Part shown: in pieces, positions 37,880 through 48,092 of the stretch | Position numbering within the stretch: position 1 is the first letter of the stretch | How the letters are laid out: each line of letters starts with the position of its first letter | Origin: Ferruginibacter sp. | GTDB lineage: Bacteria; Bacteroidota; Bacteroidia; Chitinophagales; Chitinophagaceae | Reading direction: 5' to 3' | NCBI GenBank assembly: GCA_041745235.1 | Contig: JBGTJG010000144.1 | Coordinates: 1-48,738, forward strand | DNA length: 48,738 nt | The notes under the pieces: generated by a model | The model's input: the letters and a program-made list of their open reading frames with translations, nothing else | Database searches by the model: none | Told to the model about the DNA's origin: nothing | Translations under genes and position numbers: made by a program

Positions 37880-40102
37880 TTATTTCAGCTTCCACCTGAT
37901 ACCGCCGTAGAATTCTCTTCCCCTCGTAGGCCCCCATGCAGATGATATATCAAAATAAGGACTGAAAGGATCCTGCCAGCTTAAGATGGGCTGGTTCTGC
38001 CTGAAGTTAAAAATGTTTTCGCAGCCCCCGTATATTTCAAATGCCTTAAAAATATAGGTCAGTTGCCCGCTTGCGGTAGTGTAATTTTTTGAATAATCCG
38101 GCCGTTGATAAATAGCGGGATTTGATTTTGTATCCGGTAACCGCTGCTTGCCGTACCAATGCACATTCATGTCTGCATGAAATTTATTTCCCGCCGGCTT
38201 ATAACTGAATGTAGTAAGTACTTTATGTTTGGCATTGAAGGGCAGCACTTGTTTTACCGCGCCGTTCATCCGGTACACATCTAAATAATTATAGCCAAGT
38301 TTAAATTCATATGCTTTGTATAATTTAAGAAAAAGATCTGTTTGAAAACCGTTGCTGATGCTCTTGCCGGTAAAGTTTTTTACGATCGCTTTGGTAGGAT
38401 CGCTGTCATAATCCGGGAACACCTGGTTCTTAAAATCGGTGCGGTAAAAATCCCCGCTGATATAGCCGGAAACATTTTTACCCGTAAACTTTTGTGTAAC
38501 ATTTATCCCGGTGTTCAATGCTTTTTCCGGTCTGAGGGCTTCTGCAAAAATGATATTCCGGGAACTTGCAAGCAAGCCGATATTTTCACTGAACAGGTTT
38601 ATCGTACGCCAACCCGTACCGATATTAGCTCGAATCGTTGTGTTTGGCGTAGGATCATATTTCAGCAACGTACGTGGGGTAACAAAAAACCCAAATTGAT
38701 TGTGATTATCACCTCTGATGCCCGCTATCCAGGTAAGTTTCCCTTTGAAAAAGCTAAGTGTATTTTCTGCAAATACACCGGCAATGTTTTCAGTACGCTT
38801 GTATTCCCCGTTATAATTTCTTTTAATGATCGTATCTGCGAAGCCTATCTTCTCCGCAATGTTCATCGTTTTTAAACTAACCCCGGTTTTTAAAGTATGG
38901 TTGTCGTTATTGTTCAGCTCATACTGCAGGTTCACAAAAGAATTGGTCTGTTTAGCCTCATAAGATACCGGGCCGAACCATGAAGACTGGTCCTGGTGAA
39001 ATGCAGACGTGTACAACACTACGCGGTGCTTCTCATCAAAACGATAACCGGTCTTGGCCCACACTTCAGGTTGGTTAAGCGAAACTGTATTTCCGTAAAC
39101 GGTGCTGCTGCCTTTATGCATACCGGGCGTGTAAAACGTTTGACCGCCTGTCCGCTTTTCATTTAAAAACCGAAGGGTTATTTCAAAGCTTCTGCCAAAA
39201 TCTGCTTCCTTCCCTATCTTCCACTTATTCAAAACCATGTACCGTGTCAGTAAAGGAAGATCAAGAAAATTATCTTTGTCTTTATCCGTTTTGTTTGCGG
39301 GCTGCACGGTATGAAATGCAAGGAGGCTGTGCCATTTGCCTGTTTTAAAATTGGAATTCAGATTAAGGTGTTTTTCACCGAAGCTGTTCATGTACACATT
39401 TGCAAAAAGCTTTTCAGTGGCATTGGGTTTTTTTGTTTCCACATTTATTTGCCCGCTGATGCTTTCAAAGCCCTGCAATACACTGTTTGCACCTTTAGAA
39501 ATATAAATATTATCTACCAATGTGCCGGGTATGCCGCTGATGCCGTAGGTAAAAGTTAATCCCTGTATCATCGGGAAGCCATCTATCAGCACCTGGTTGT
39601 ACACACCGGAGAGGCCGAGTATGCGGAGTTCTTTTGCATTCGTAATAATGTTGGTTGTTTGCGGTTGTACAGATGATTGGGTTTCAAAACAACCCGCAAG
39701 GTCGCAGCACGCCGATTTCTTTAATTCAAGAGACGTGAGTATTTCTGTTTTAAATGGGGATTGGTTGGAAAGGATAATACCCTCTTTTGTTGCACGCACC
39801 ACCACGGCATCCAGCGATGTTTTATCCCGCAGTCTCAACCTGATTTCCGCAACATTATTTACCGAAATGGTATCTTTCAAATAACCATTGTAGCTGGCCA
39901 CCAATTGATCAGCGCCGCTTTGCAGCGGGAGAGTGAACATTCCCTTTTGATCGGCAATGGTTCCTTTTTTGGCATTGAGCCACATAACAGAAGCGCCCGG
40001 CAATGGTTTACTGTTGGTATCTGTTACTGTACCCGTTATCGATTGGGCATGCGAAATTATGGGGAGGAAAAAAACGATGCAGAAAAATAACCGGCGTATC
40101 AT
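37880..40102 (-). CDS. TonB-dependent receptor with Cys-rich plug (SACCDLAGC)
   Basis: Signal peptide from ATG 40102 (TAATG overlap with the HMA gene), carboxypeptidase-like domain, ISKGANSVLQGFESISGQINVE, terminal GGIRWKLK. Confidence 0.9.
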   Translation of the reverse strand: MIRRLFFCIVFFLPIISHAQSITGTVTDTNSKPLPGASVMWLNAKKGTIADQKGMFTLPLQSGADQLVASYNGYLKDTISVNNVAEIRLRLRDKTSLDAVVVRATKEGIILSNQSPFKTEILTSLELKKSACCDLAGCFETQSSVQPQTTNIITNAKELRILGLSGVYNQVLIDGFPMIQGLTFTYGISGIPGTLVDNIYISKGANSVLQGFESISGQINVETKKPNATEKLFANVYMNSFGEKHLNLNSNFKTGKWHSLLAFHTVQPANKTDKDKDNFLDLPLLTRYMVLNKWKIGKEADFGRSFEITLRFLNEKRTGGQTFYTPGMHKGSSTVYGNTVSLNQPEVWAKTGYRFDEKHRVVLYTSAFHQDQSSWFGPVSYEAKQTNSFVNLQYELNNNDNHTLKTGVSLKTMNIAEKIGFADTIIKRNYNGEYKRTENIAGVFAENTLSFFKGKLTWIAGIRGDNHNQFGFFVTPRTLLKYDPTPNTTIRANIGTGWRTINLFSENIGLLASSRNIIFAEALRPEKALNTGINVTQKFTGKNVSGYISGDFYRTDFKNQVFPDYDSDPTKAIVKNFTGKSISNGFQTDLFLKLYKAYEFKLGYNYLDVYRMNGAVKQVLPFNAKHKVLTTFSYKPAGNKFHADMNVHWYGKQRLPDTKSNPAIYQRPDYSKNYTTASGQLTYIFKAFEIYGGCENIFNFRQNQPILSWQDPFSPYFDISSAWGPTRGREFYGGIRWKLK

Positions 40103-40434
40103 TAATTTTTTACTTTGTAAGGCCTGTCTTTGGGGTCTGAGCAACCCGCAGTATTTTCTATTGCTGCAAAGATCTGACTTGTTTTTACCAAAGCAGGATT
40201 ATAGGAAATTTTAAAAACAGATTTGGCGGCCGCCTTGCCCGGTATTACTGAGCTCACCCCCGCTATTTCCTTTACATTATCGGATAATGTTATGAGGTCA
40301 CCCGCGCAGGTAATTCCCTTTATTTTAACGGTTATTGTTGTATCCCCTTCTTGCTGTTCTATAGCTGTCTGAGCAAATGCAGGTACACTTAAGAAACCGG
40401 AGATCAAAACGAGCAGGTATATTTTTCTGAGCAT
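40102..40434 (-). CDS. Periplasmic heavy-metal-associated (HMA) domain protein
   Basis: Signal peptide ending AFA-Q; VKIKGITCAGD...AGV...ISYNP...AAIE HMA pattern. Confidence 0.75.
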   Translation of the reverse strand: MLRKIYLLVLISGFLSVPAFAQTAIEQQEGDTTITVKIKGITCAGDLITLSDNVKEIAGVSSVIPGKAAAKSVFKISYNPALVKTSQIFAAIENTAGCSDPKDRPYKVKN

Positions 40435-40643
40435 AAGATGTGATTTAATGAAAATTCCGGGCTCTATTGATTAGCAGTATAGCCGACAGTGCAAGTTATC
40501 GCTGTTTGCAGAAAATGGGTGTTATCGGAACATATTAATTGGGGTTTTTATAAAAAATTAACAGCCACAGCAATTCACATAATGCAGCCGCAGGGGTAAT
40601 TACAGGAGAAAATCAGATCCGGCAAACAAATTGTTAAAACAAA

Positions 40644-40675
40644 TTTGTTAGGTTCACCTAACATTATTACTTTTG
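40644..40675 (+). promoter_or_regulatory. Promoter (-33 TTTG, -7 TACTTTTG) containing a DtxR/MntR-type palindrome TGTTAGGT-TC-ACCTAACA (40646-40663)
   Basis: Perfect 8-bp inverted repeat spanning the spacer between the two promoter elements. Confidence 0.75.
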
Positions 40676-40693
40676 TCTCCTAAACTTATTCAG

Positions 40694-42979
40694 ATGTACT
40701 CGGGTGTTTCTAAACTTTTATTCACTTTTTGCGGTATGCTGTGTTTCGCTTTTGCAGATGCGCAAACGGCTTCTGTTTCAGGAATCATTAAAAACGACAC
40801 TTTGCCGGCTGAGGCAGTTACAATAAAAATTGGAAATCGGGGAACAGTAAGCGATAGCCTCGGCTTTTATTCTCTTTCTCAATTAAAACCCGGCGGTCAC
40901 ACAATCAGTTTTTCTAAGGTTGGTTATGCCGGCATCACAAAAAAAATATTTTTAAAAGAGGAGGAAAATCTAATACTCAATACGGAGCTGTTACAAAACA
41001 AGGGAAGCTTAGATGAAGTGGTGGTAACAGGTACATTAAAAGAAGTAAAAAGAATGGAAAGCCCTGTTCCCGTGGAGGTGTACAGCCCCGCTTTTTTCCG
41101 GAAAAATCCTACACCAAACATTTTTGATGCATTGCAGAATGTGAACGGCGTGCGCCCCCAATTGAATTGCAATGTTTGCAATACGGGAGACATTCACATC
41201 AATGGCTTGGAAGGGCCGTACACCATGGTGCTCATAGATGGTATGCCCATTGTGAGCAGCCTTTCTACGGTGTATGGCTTATCCGGTATTCCCAACAGCC
41301 TCGTAGAAAGAATTGAAATTGTAAAAGGCCCCGCATCTTCTTTATATGGCAGCGAGGCAGTTGGCGGGCTCATAAATATCATTACCAAAAAACCGCAAAA
41401 TGCCCCGGTTTTTTCTGCAGATGTTTTTGCCACTACATGGAATGAATACAGTGCAGATCTCGGGTTTAAATTAAATGCCGGTAAAAAAACATCTGTGCTT
41501 ACAGGCGTCAATTATTATAACTACAATACAATATTTGACAATAACAAAGATGGCTTTACAGATATGACTTTACAAAAACGGATATCTGTTTTTCAGAAAT
41601 GGAACATACAGCGAAAAGAAAATCGCTTATTCAGTTTTGCTGCCAGGGTGTATGATGAAGAGCGGTGGGGCGGCGATACCCGCTGGAACAAAACATTTCG
41701 TGGGGGCGACAGCATTTACGGCGAAAGCATCTATACAAAGCGTTTTGAATTTTTAAGCAGCTACCAATTACCGGTAAAGGAAAAATTCATGTTGTCCTTT
41801 TCATATAATGACCACGACCAGGATAGCCGCTATGGTAACGTATCTTATATAGCAAAGCAGAAAATAAGTTTCTCTCAGCTTACCTGGGATAAAACACTAA
41901 GCAAGCATGATCTGCTGTCAGGTATTGCCGTTCGCCATACTTATTATGATGATAATACCCCGGCAACACACAATTCAGGCGGCAAGACGGGTGCACAGAA
42001 TGTTTGGCTTCCCGGCATTTTTGTACAAAATGAAATAACATTAAATCCTGCTCACAAAGTCTTATTGGGTTTCAGGTACGATTACAATTCAGATCATGGT
42101 AATATTTATACCCCCCGTGTGGCATACAAGTGGAGCATCAATAAAAACAACATCATTCGGCTTAATGCAGGTACCGGTTTTCGGGTAGTGAATTTATTTA
42201 CAGAAGATCATGCGGCATTAACCGGTGCGAGGACGGTAGAGATAAAAAATGAATTGAAGCCGGAGAAAACGTATAACGTTAACCTCAATTACCTTAAAAA
42301 AATATTTGCAGGCAACGGAACATTTATAGGCCTGGATGTAAGCATGTGGTATACATATTTTAACAACAGGATCATAGGTGATTTTGATACTGATCCCGAT
42401 AAAATTATTTACGATAACCTGCAGGGATTTGGGGAAAGCAAAGGCCTGAGTGCAAATATAGATGTGGCTTTCAGCAGTGGCCTGAAAATACTGGGCGGTG
42501 TTACTTTTCAAAATGTCTCCACAACAGAAAACGGGATAAGAGAACGCCAGATATTAACCGAACCATTCACCGGCACATGGGCAGTATCCTATAAAATAAA
42601 ACCACTGAACCTGAGCATTGATTATACCGGTAATATTTATGGCCCGATGCGTTTGCCCTTGCTCGGAAGTTTAGATCCGCGGCAACCTTACAGCAAAACA
42701 TGGAGTATTCAGAATATACAGTTCCTGTATTCCGGGTTTAAGAAAACAGAGATTTATTGCGGCGTAAAGAATTTGTTGAACTGGACACCAAACAGAGGCA
42801 ATCCGTTTATCATTGCCCGAACAAAAGATCCCTTTGATAAGAATGTAAAATTTGATGCCGGCGGAAAAGTATTGGTTACCCCGGATAATCCATATGCGCT
42901 CACCTTTGATCCGAATTATATGTATGGTCCCAACCAGGGAATACGTGTTTTTTTAGGGGTGAGGGTAACAATTAAATAA
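40694..42979 (+). CDS. TonB-dependent receptor with CNVC plug motif
   Basis: RPQLNCNVCNTGDIHINGLEGPYT, ERIEIVKGPASSLYGSEAVGGLINIITK; track start TTG 40673 overlaps the -7 element so ATG 40694 is preferred. Confidence 0.92.
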   Translation: MYSGVSKLLFTFCGMLCFAFADAQTASVSGIIKNDTLPAEAVTIKIGNRGTVSDSLGFYSLSQLKPGGHTISFSKVGYAGITKKIFLKEEENLILNTELLQNKGSLDEVVVTGTLKEVKRMESPVPVEVYSPAFFRKNPTPNIFDALQNVNGVRPQLNCNVCNTGDIHINGLEGPYTMVLIDGMPIVSSLSTVYGLSGIPNSLVERIEIVKGPASSLYGSEAVGGLINIITKKPQNAPVFSADVFATTWNEYSADLGFKLNAGKKTSVLTGVNYYNYNTIFDNNKDGFTDMTLQKRISVFQKWNIQRKENRLFSFAARVYDEERWGGDTRWNKTFRGGDSIYGESIYTKRFEFLSSYQLPVKEKFMLSFSYNDHDQDSRYGNVSYIAKQKISFSQLTWDKTLSKHDLLSGIAVRHTYYDDNTPATHNSGGKTGAQNVWLPGIFVQNEITLNPAHKVLLGFRYDYNSDHGNIYTPRVAYKWSINKNNIIRLNAGTGFRVVNLFTEDHAALTGARTVEIKNELKPEKTYNVNLNYLKKIFAGNGTFIGLDVSMWYTYFNNRIIGDFDTDPDKIIYDNLQGFGESKGLSANIDVAFSSGLKILGGVTFQNVSTTENGIRERQILTEPFTGTWAVSYKIKPLNLSIDYTGNIYGPMRLPLLGSLDPRQPYSKTWSIQNIQFLYSGFKKTEIYCGVKNLLNWTPNRGNPFIIARTKDPFDKNVKFDAGGKVLVTPDNPYALTFDPNYMYGPNQGIRVFLGVRVTIK

Positions 42980-42984
42980 GATCG

Positions 42985-43449
42985 ATGTTCAGGCACATAT
43001 CCATAACAATTTGCTTTACAATCTTCGGCTTATGTGGCTATACGCAGCTACCTCAATTTTCGTTTTCTCAGTTAGACAGCCTGCAGAAAACAGAACCGAG
43101 AAAGGTGGTTGTTTTCATTCATACAGACTGGTGTAAATATTGCCGTGCTATGGAAGAAACGACTTTTAAGAACAGGGAAATAGTAAAGTCCCTGAGCACC
43201 GAATTTTACTTTGTTACATTAAACGCTGAAGAGAAAACAGACATTAATTTCAACGGGCACGTTTTTAAATTTAAGCCTACAGGTAACGGAACGGGGACAC
43301 ACGAACTTGCTGAGCAATTGGGAATAGTTAATGGCACGCTTACTTTTCCTGCACTTAGTTTTCTTAACGAAAAGAATGACATTATTTATCAGCAGGTAGA
43401 TTATATCTCAGATTCTGATCTTAAAAAGATTCTTAAACAGTTACAATGA
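42985..43449 (+). CDS. Exported thioredoxin-fold protein
   Basis: HTDWCKYC, LNAE, TFP; signal peptide. Confidence 0.85.
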   Translation: MFRHISITICFTIFGLCGYTQLPQFSFSQLDSLQKTEPRKVVVFIHTDWCKYCRAMEETTFKNREIVKSLSTEFYFVTLNAEEKTDINFNGHVFKFKPTGNGTGTHELAEQLGIVNGTLTFPALSFLNEKNDIIYQQVDYISDSDLKKILKQLQ

Positions 43450-43522
43450 AATATCCTGCAGTGTTAAAAAGAGGTAATTAATACTTCTCTTTTTGTACCT
43501 TTTGATTTATTCGGCATTCCGA

Positions 43523-44197
43523 ATGCACACACTCATGAAAACGATCTGTAAGGCATACTTGTTTCTATTAATGATTTTCAACTTTTCTTGTAAGCCATAC
43601 CGTACCGAAACGGAAATTATTTTTACGGACAGCTTAGCTCAAAAAGATACACTGCTTATTGGCCAAACCAAAGCAATTGATGCATTGCTGGATAAAAAGG
43701 ACAGATTATCCTCAGCAATAGCACGTGATACGTTAATGATCGATCCCCTTAAGCAGGGTGAGAACATTAACATCGGTGATGCAGATCCGGAAAAAATTAT
43801 TCGGTTTGCCGAAAGTCTTGTAGGCACCCCTTATGTGTACGGTTCCACTGATCCGAAAGTAGGCTTTGATTGCTCCGGTTTTATTACATATGTATTTACA
43901 AATTTTAAGATCAAGGTCCCGCGTTCATCCGTTCAATTTACTAATGTAGGCAGAACTGTTCCTATTGAGAATGCGAAGCGCGGAGATATAGCCTTATTTA
44001 CAGAGCCGGCTTTTAATAACGAGAACAGTACTAAGGTTGGCCATATGGGCCTTATCACATCAAACGAAAACGGCCTCATCAACTTTATCCATTCCACTTC
44101 GGGTAAGGCTATGTCCGTTGTGGTTACCCCCTTCAGCGACCATTATAAGAAAAGGTTTGTGCGGGTAGCGAGGATTTTTCCGCAGAATGATAGGTGA
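43523..44197 (+). CDS. NlpC/P60 (C40) cell-wall peptidase, probable lipoprotein; start 43523 or 43535
   Basis: GTPYVYG, GFDCSGF, GHMG, FIHS; lipobox NFSC. Confidence 0.9.
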   Translation: MHTLMKTICKAYLFLLMIFNFSCKPYRTETEIIFTDSLAQKDTLLIGQTKAIDALLDKKDRLSSAIARDTLMIDPLKQGENINIGDADPEKIIRFAESLVGTPYVYGSTDPKVGFDCSGFITYVFTNFKIKVPRSSVQFTNVGRTVPIENAKRGDIALFTEPAFNNENSTKVGHMGLITSNENGLINFIHSTSGKAMSVVVTPFSDHYKKRFVRVARIFPQNDR

Positions 44198-44302
44198 AAT
44201 TAGTTTTTACAACTGCTGCGCCGGATACTTCTTTATTTTTTTGATTAACTATGATGCCGTAAAGGACCGGCCACCCAAAATAATTGGAAATAAAACACAC
44301 GG

Positions 44303-44929
44303 TTACACTGTTTTCCTTCTCCTGTTATTAATAAGAACAAGCCATACAAGACAGAGCAACAGTGTAACTTTTTGTATAAATGGAAGAATGATAAGACATT
44401 CTCTTGTTTTATAAATCGTAAACGTTACAACACCCATCACAAGGCAAAGTATGCCTAGAGCGAAAAGCGTGTAGCGCCCGGATCTGTATAATCCTATAAA
44501 CGTTGCCAGAAAGGCAATTCCTCCGAACAAACCGGCATATGTGATAGCCTCACTGTGATACCTTGTGAAAATGAATAATGCAATGGCCATTGAAATAATG
44601 CCGCTCACCTGAATGATCGTTTTTAATGTATTGTTTATCAGGAATAGTTTTGGCATACTGTACCAGACGAACATCAGGCTTACACATAGTATTACCATTG
44701 CGGTAATAGCAACCGGGGATGCGGGATTCGTTTCGCCGTTGACTGCCTTTTCATTCAACAGATCACACCAGTAATTATGTAAAATGCTGAAGCCTTTTTG
44801 GGAGGGATCAAGATAGTTGCCGCCGGGGTACATAAATGCAGCAACTATGTACAAAACAATAAAACAAATTACACCGGCGGGTGGAATAACATTCAGTATT
44901 GAGCCCCGATTAGTTGTAAGTCCCGGCAT
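44303..44929 (-). CDS. Hypothetical membrane protein (DUF998-like)
   Basis: About 6 TM segments; YPGG...NYWCDLL...NPA. Confidence 0.7.
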   Translation of the reverse strand: MPGLTTNRGSILNVIPPAGVICFIVLYIVAAFMYPGGNYLDPSQKGFSILHNYWCDLLNEKAVNGETNPASPVAITAMVILCVSLMFVWYSMPKLFLINNTLKTIIQVSGIISMAIALFIFTRYHSEAITYAGLFGGIAFLATFIGLYRSGRYTLFALGILCLVMGVVTFTIYKTRECLIILPFIQKVTLLLCLVWLVLINNRRRKTV

Positions 44930-45078
44930 TATTATGAATGAATTTATCTAAGTACGCCTGACGTTGAGTATTTGCAAAGGCCGGGAATTCATTGTTCATC
45001 TGCCGCTACAAATATCACATTGAAAATATAAAGTTGAACTTTAAGGCCTTATACCAACCTTATAAAATTTATCCGTTT

Positions 45079-46269
45079 CTATGATTTTATCACCTCCAGT
45101 TCCTTCCCCACTTTTGTAAACGCTTCAATAGCTTTATCCAGATGCGCCTGCTCATGCGCCGCACTCAGCTGTACCCGTATGCGTGCCTGCCCTTTTGCTA
45201 CCACAGGAAAGAAAAACCCGATAACATAAATTCCCTCTTCCAAAAGTTTTGCTGCAAATTCCTGCGCTACTGTTGCCTCATACAGCATAATAGGAACAAT
45301 CGGATGTTCACCCGGTTTTATATCAAAACCCGCTGCAGTCATTTTCTCACGGAAATATTTGGTGTTGTATTCCAGCTTATCCCGCAGCTCGGTAGTTTCG
45401 CTCAGCATATCCAACACTGCTATAGAAGCTCCTACAATACTTGGTGCAAGGGTATTTGAAAACAAATAAGGCCTGCTCCGCTGACGCAGCATTTCTATGA
45501 TCTCTTTCTTGCCGCTTGTAAACCCGCCGCTGGCGCCGCCAAGTGCTTTGCCCAATGTACCGGTAATAATATCGATCCTGCCCATTACATTCCGATACTC
45601 ATGTGTGCCCCGTCCCGTCTTACCGAGAAAGCCCGATGAGTGGCATTCATCTATCATCACAATAGCATCATATTTATCCGCCAGGTCGCATATCTCATCC
45701 AGTTTGGCAATGGTGCCATCCATGCTGAAAGAGCCGTCAGTTACGATGATACGGCTGCGCAGTCCTGCAGTTTCTTTGAGTTTGCTTTCCAGGTCTTCCA
45801 TGCTGTTGTGCTCATAACGAAAACGATGTGCTTTGCATAAACGTACGCCGTCTATAATGCTCGCATGATTCAGCGTATCACTTATGATGGCATCTTCCTC
45901 ATTAAATAACGGCTCAAAAACACCGCCATTAGCATCAAAAGCCGCGGCATATAAAATAGTATCTTCTGTACCCAGGAAATCAGACAACTTTTTTTCCAGC
46001 TCTTTATGGATATCCTGCGTACCGCAGATAAACCGAACGCTGCTCATACCAAAGCCGCGATCATCAATATATTTTTTGGCAGCTTCAGTTACTTTAGGGT
46101 GTGCAGATAATCCCAGGTAATTGTTTGCACAGAAATTAAGGACCTTTTTGCCATTAACCGTTATCTCTGCACCCTGTTCGCTGCTGATTACCCGTTCAGT
46201 TTTAAAAAGGCCTGCTTCTTTTATTTCTTTTACTTCGTTACCTATCCGCTGTGCAAATGAGTTATTCAT
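45079..46269 (-). CDS. kbl: Glycine C-acetyltransferase (2-amino-3-ketobutyrate CoA ligase)
   Basis: [45 protein letters not shown]. Confidence 0.96.
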   Translation of the reverse strand: MNNSFAQRIGNEVKEIKEAGLFKTERVISSEQGAEITVNGKKVLNFCANNYLGLSAHPKVTEAAKKYIDDRGFGMSSVRFICGTQDIHKELEKKLSDFLGTEDTILYAAAFDANGGVFEPLFNEEDAIISDTLNHASIIDGVRLCKAHRFRYEHNSMEDLESKLKETAGLRSRIIVTDGSFSMDGTIAKLDEICDLADKYDAIVMIDECHSSGFLGKTGRGTHEYRNVMGRIDIITGTLGKALGGASGGFTSGKKEIIEMLRQRSRPYLFSNTLAPSIVGASIAVLDMLSETTELRDKLEYNTKYFREKMTAAGFDIKPGEHPIVPIMLYEATVAQEFAAKLLEEGIYVIGFFFPVVAKGQARIRVQLSAAHEQAHLDKAIEAFTKVGKELEVIKS

Positions 46270-46392
46270 AATTATCCGGTTTATACCCGCAAAAATAATG
46301 ATTTAGGGCTAAGCGATCGGCCCGTTTAAAAGGGAATGATTGATGCAAAAGGATGAAAGGACTACTTAACTGTAAAAATTTTATTTCATAAT

Positions 46393-46419
46393 TGTAACTT
46401 TTCCTTTCCTGCGGCGTTA
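46393..46419 (+). promoter_or_regulatory. ECF-type promoter TGTAAC-N16-CGTT
   Basis: AAC -35 and CGT -10 with 16-nt spacer upstream of the ECF sigma gene. Confidence 0.6.
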
Positions 46420-46473
46420 AACATACAAAAGACGATTACAGACTAACTTTACCACCCTTACTCAACCTGCTGC

Positions 46474-46959
46474 ATGACCGAAAGACAATACAACGAATGT
46501 GTGAAGCTTTACGCAGATAATGTGTACCGGTTTATTATTAAAAACCTGCGTAATGAAGAAGATGCAAAGGATATTATACAGAGTGCTTTTGAAAAAATGT
46601 GGGTGAACAGGGATCAGGTGGACAATGCCAAATCAAAGAGTTTTTTATTTACAGTGGCATACAATAATATGATAGACCACATCAGGAAAAATAAAAGAAC
46701 AGAATTACGGGAAGAGTTTTCACAAAGTGATCAGGGAGAAGGCAACCAGCAGCAGAATGCAAACCGAATACTGCAGGAAGCTCTCAGCAAGCTCAGTGAA
46801 ACACAACGCAGCCTCGTAATGCTGAAAGACTATGAAGGTTACAGTTATGCTGAGATCGGAGAGATTACTAACCTCAATGAAAGCCAGGTAAAGGTTTACC
46901 TCCACAGGGCAAGGTTACAGTTGAGGGATTACATAGTGCGGCCGGAAAACGTTATTTAG
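46474..46959 (+). CDS. ECF RNA polymerase sigma factor
   Basis: Region 2 (DAKDIIQSAFEKMW, SFLFTVAYN) and region 4 (GYSYAEIG...VKVYLHRAR). Confidence 0.95.
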   Translation: MTERQYNECVKLYADNVYRFIIKNLRNEEDAKDIIQSAFEKMWVNRDQVDNAKSKSFLFTVAYNNMIDHIRKNKRTELREEFSQSDQGEGNQQQNANRILQEALSKLSETQRSLVMLKDYEGYSYAEIGEITNLNESQVKVYLHRARLQLRDYIVRPENVI

Positions 46960-46982
46960 AAACACAATTATAAAAAATTAAA

Positions 46983-48068
46983 ATGCTCATCACCAGAGAA
47001 AATTACGAAGGTTTTTTCCTGCTTTATGCAGACGATGAGCTCTGTGCTCCAGATAAAAAGCTTGTTGAAAAATTTGCAGCAGATAATGCTGACCTCCAGC
47101 AGGAATTGGATACGCTTAAAGCTGCTGTACTGCGTGCAGAAATATTTTCTTATCCGGAAAAAGCGGGTTTATTCAGCAATGCAGTTTCCCATGTGCATAT
47201 GCAGGAGAAGCTTCTCTTAGAGATAGATGGTGAGCTTGCTGCTGAAGAAAGTCGTGATTTAAGATCACTTATTCAAACTGATGCTGCTGCCAATACAGAG
47301 TATGAACTGCTGAGACAAGTAAAATTGAATTCCGCTGACAGGGTTATTTTTCGGGATAAATATTTGCTGTACCGCCATACTAATAACAATGTGATTATCG
47401 GCCGTTTTGTAAGGTGGGCAGCTGCCGCCATTTTATTAGGCATAGGATTATTCTACGGCCTGTCGCTTTTTAATAAAACGAATACGGACAACATCGCAAT
47501 AACTACACAGCCCGGCACGGAAAAAAAGGAAGCTATAAATCCCGTACAGGATGTTCCTTCTGAAACAGCTATAGCTGATATTGCTGCACCCGCCGAAAGA
47601 AAAGAGGAGAAAGTAGCTATTATATCTGACCCGATCAATAAGGTAAGTAAAGGTTCGCCGGCCGGAACATTGGAAAACATTGCACGGAGCATTGCAGCTC
47701 CTAAGCCTGAAGCAACACTGCCTCTCACACCTGCGCCGGCTCCCTCCAAACAGGACATTGCTGTCGCGAAAGAAATAATTCCTCAGAAAAACCTGCCCAT
47801 AATTTCTTCTGTAAATGAAACAGAGAATGTATCTGTTCCTGTTATTAATGAGAGCACATCTCCGCAGGAAAAGCCTGTTGTTCATACGGCATCTTTTGCA
47901 GCATCTTTAAAAAATGAGAACCGGATCCTGTACATGGACGAGGATGAAGTAAGACGGTCCAAACCCTTTGGGTTTATCCGCAAAGTAAAAAAATTTGTAG
48001 AGCGCACCGCTCAGTTGAAACCAGGCAATACGCTTAGGATAGCCGGGTTTGAATTCAAAGGAGGCTAA
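46983..48068 (+). CDS. Putative anti-sigma factor (single TM, Pro-rich periplasmic tail)
   Basis: ITRENYE.FFLLYADDEL helical domain with a second similar repeat, RWAAAAILL TM; directly after the sigma gene. Confidence 0.7.
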   Translation: MLITRENYEGFFLLYADDELCAPDKKLVEKFAADNADLQQELDTLKAAVLRAEIFSYPEKAGLFSNAVSHVHMQEKLLLEIDGELAAEESRDLRSLIQTDAAANTEYELLRQVKLNSADRVIFRDKYLLYRHTNNNVIIGRFVRWAAAAILLGIGLFYGLSLFNKTNTDNIAITTQPGTEKKEAINPVQDVPSETAIADIAAPAERKEEKVAIISDPINKVSKGSPAGTLENIARSIAAPKPEATLPLTPAPAPSKQDIAVAKEIIPQKNLPIISSVNETENVSVPVINESTSPQEKPVVHTASFAASLKNENRILYMDEDEVRRSKPFGFIRKVKKFVERTAQLKPGNTLRIAGFEFKGG

Positions 48069-48092
48069 TCATTCAAAACTTAAAATAATTAC

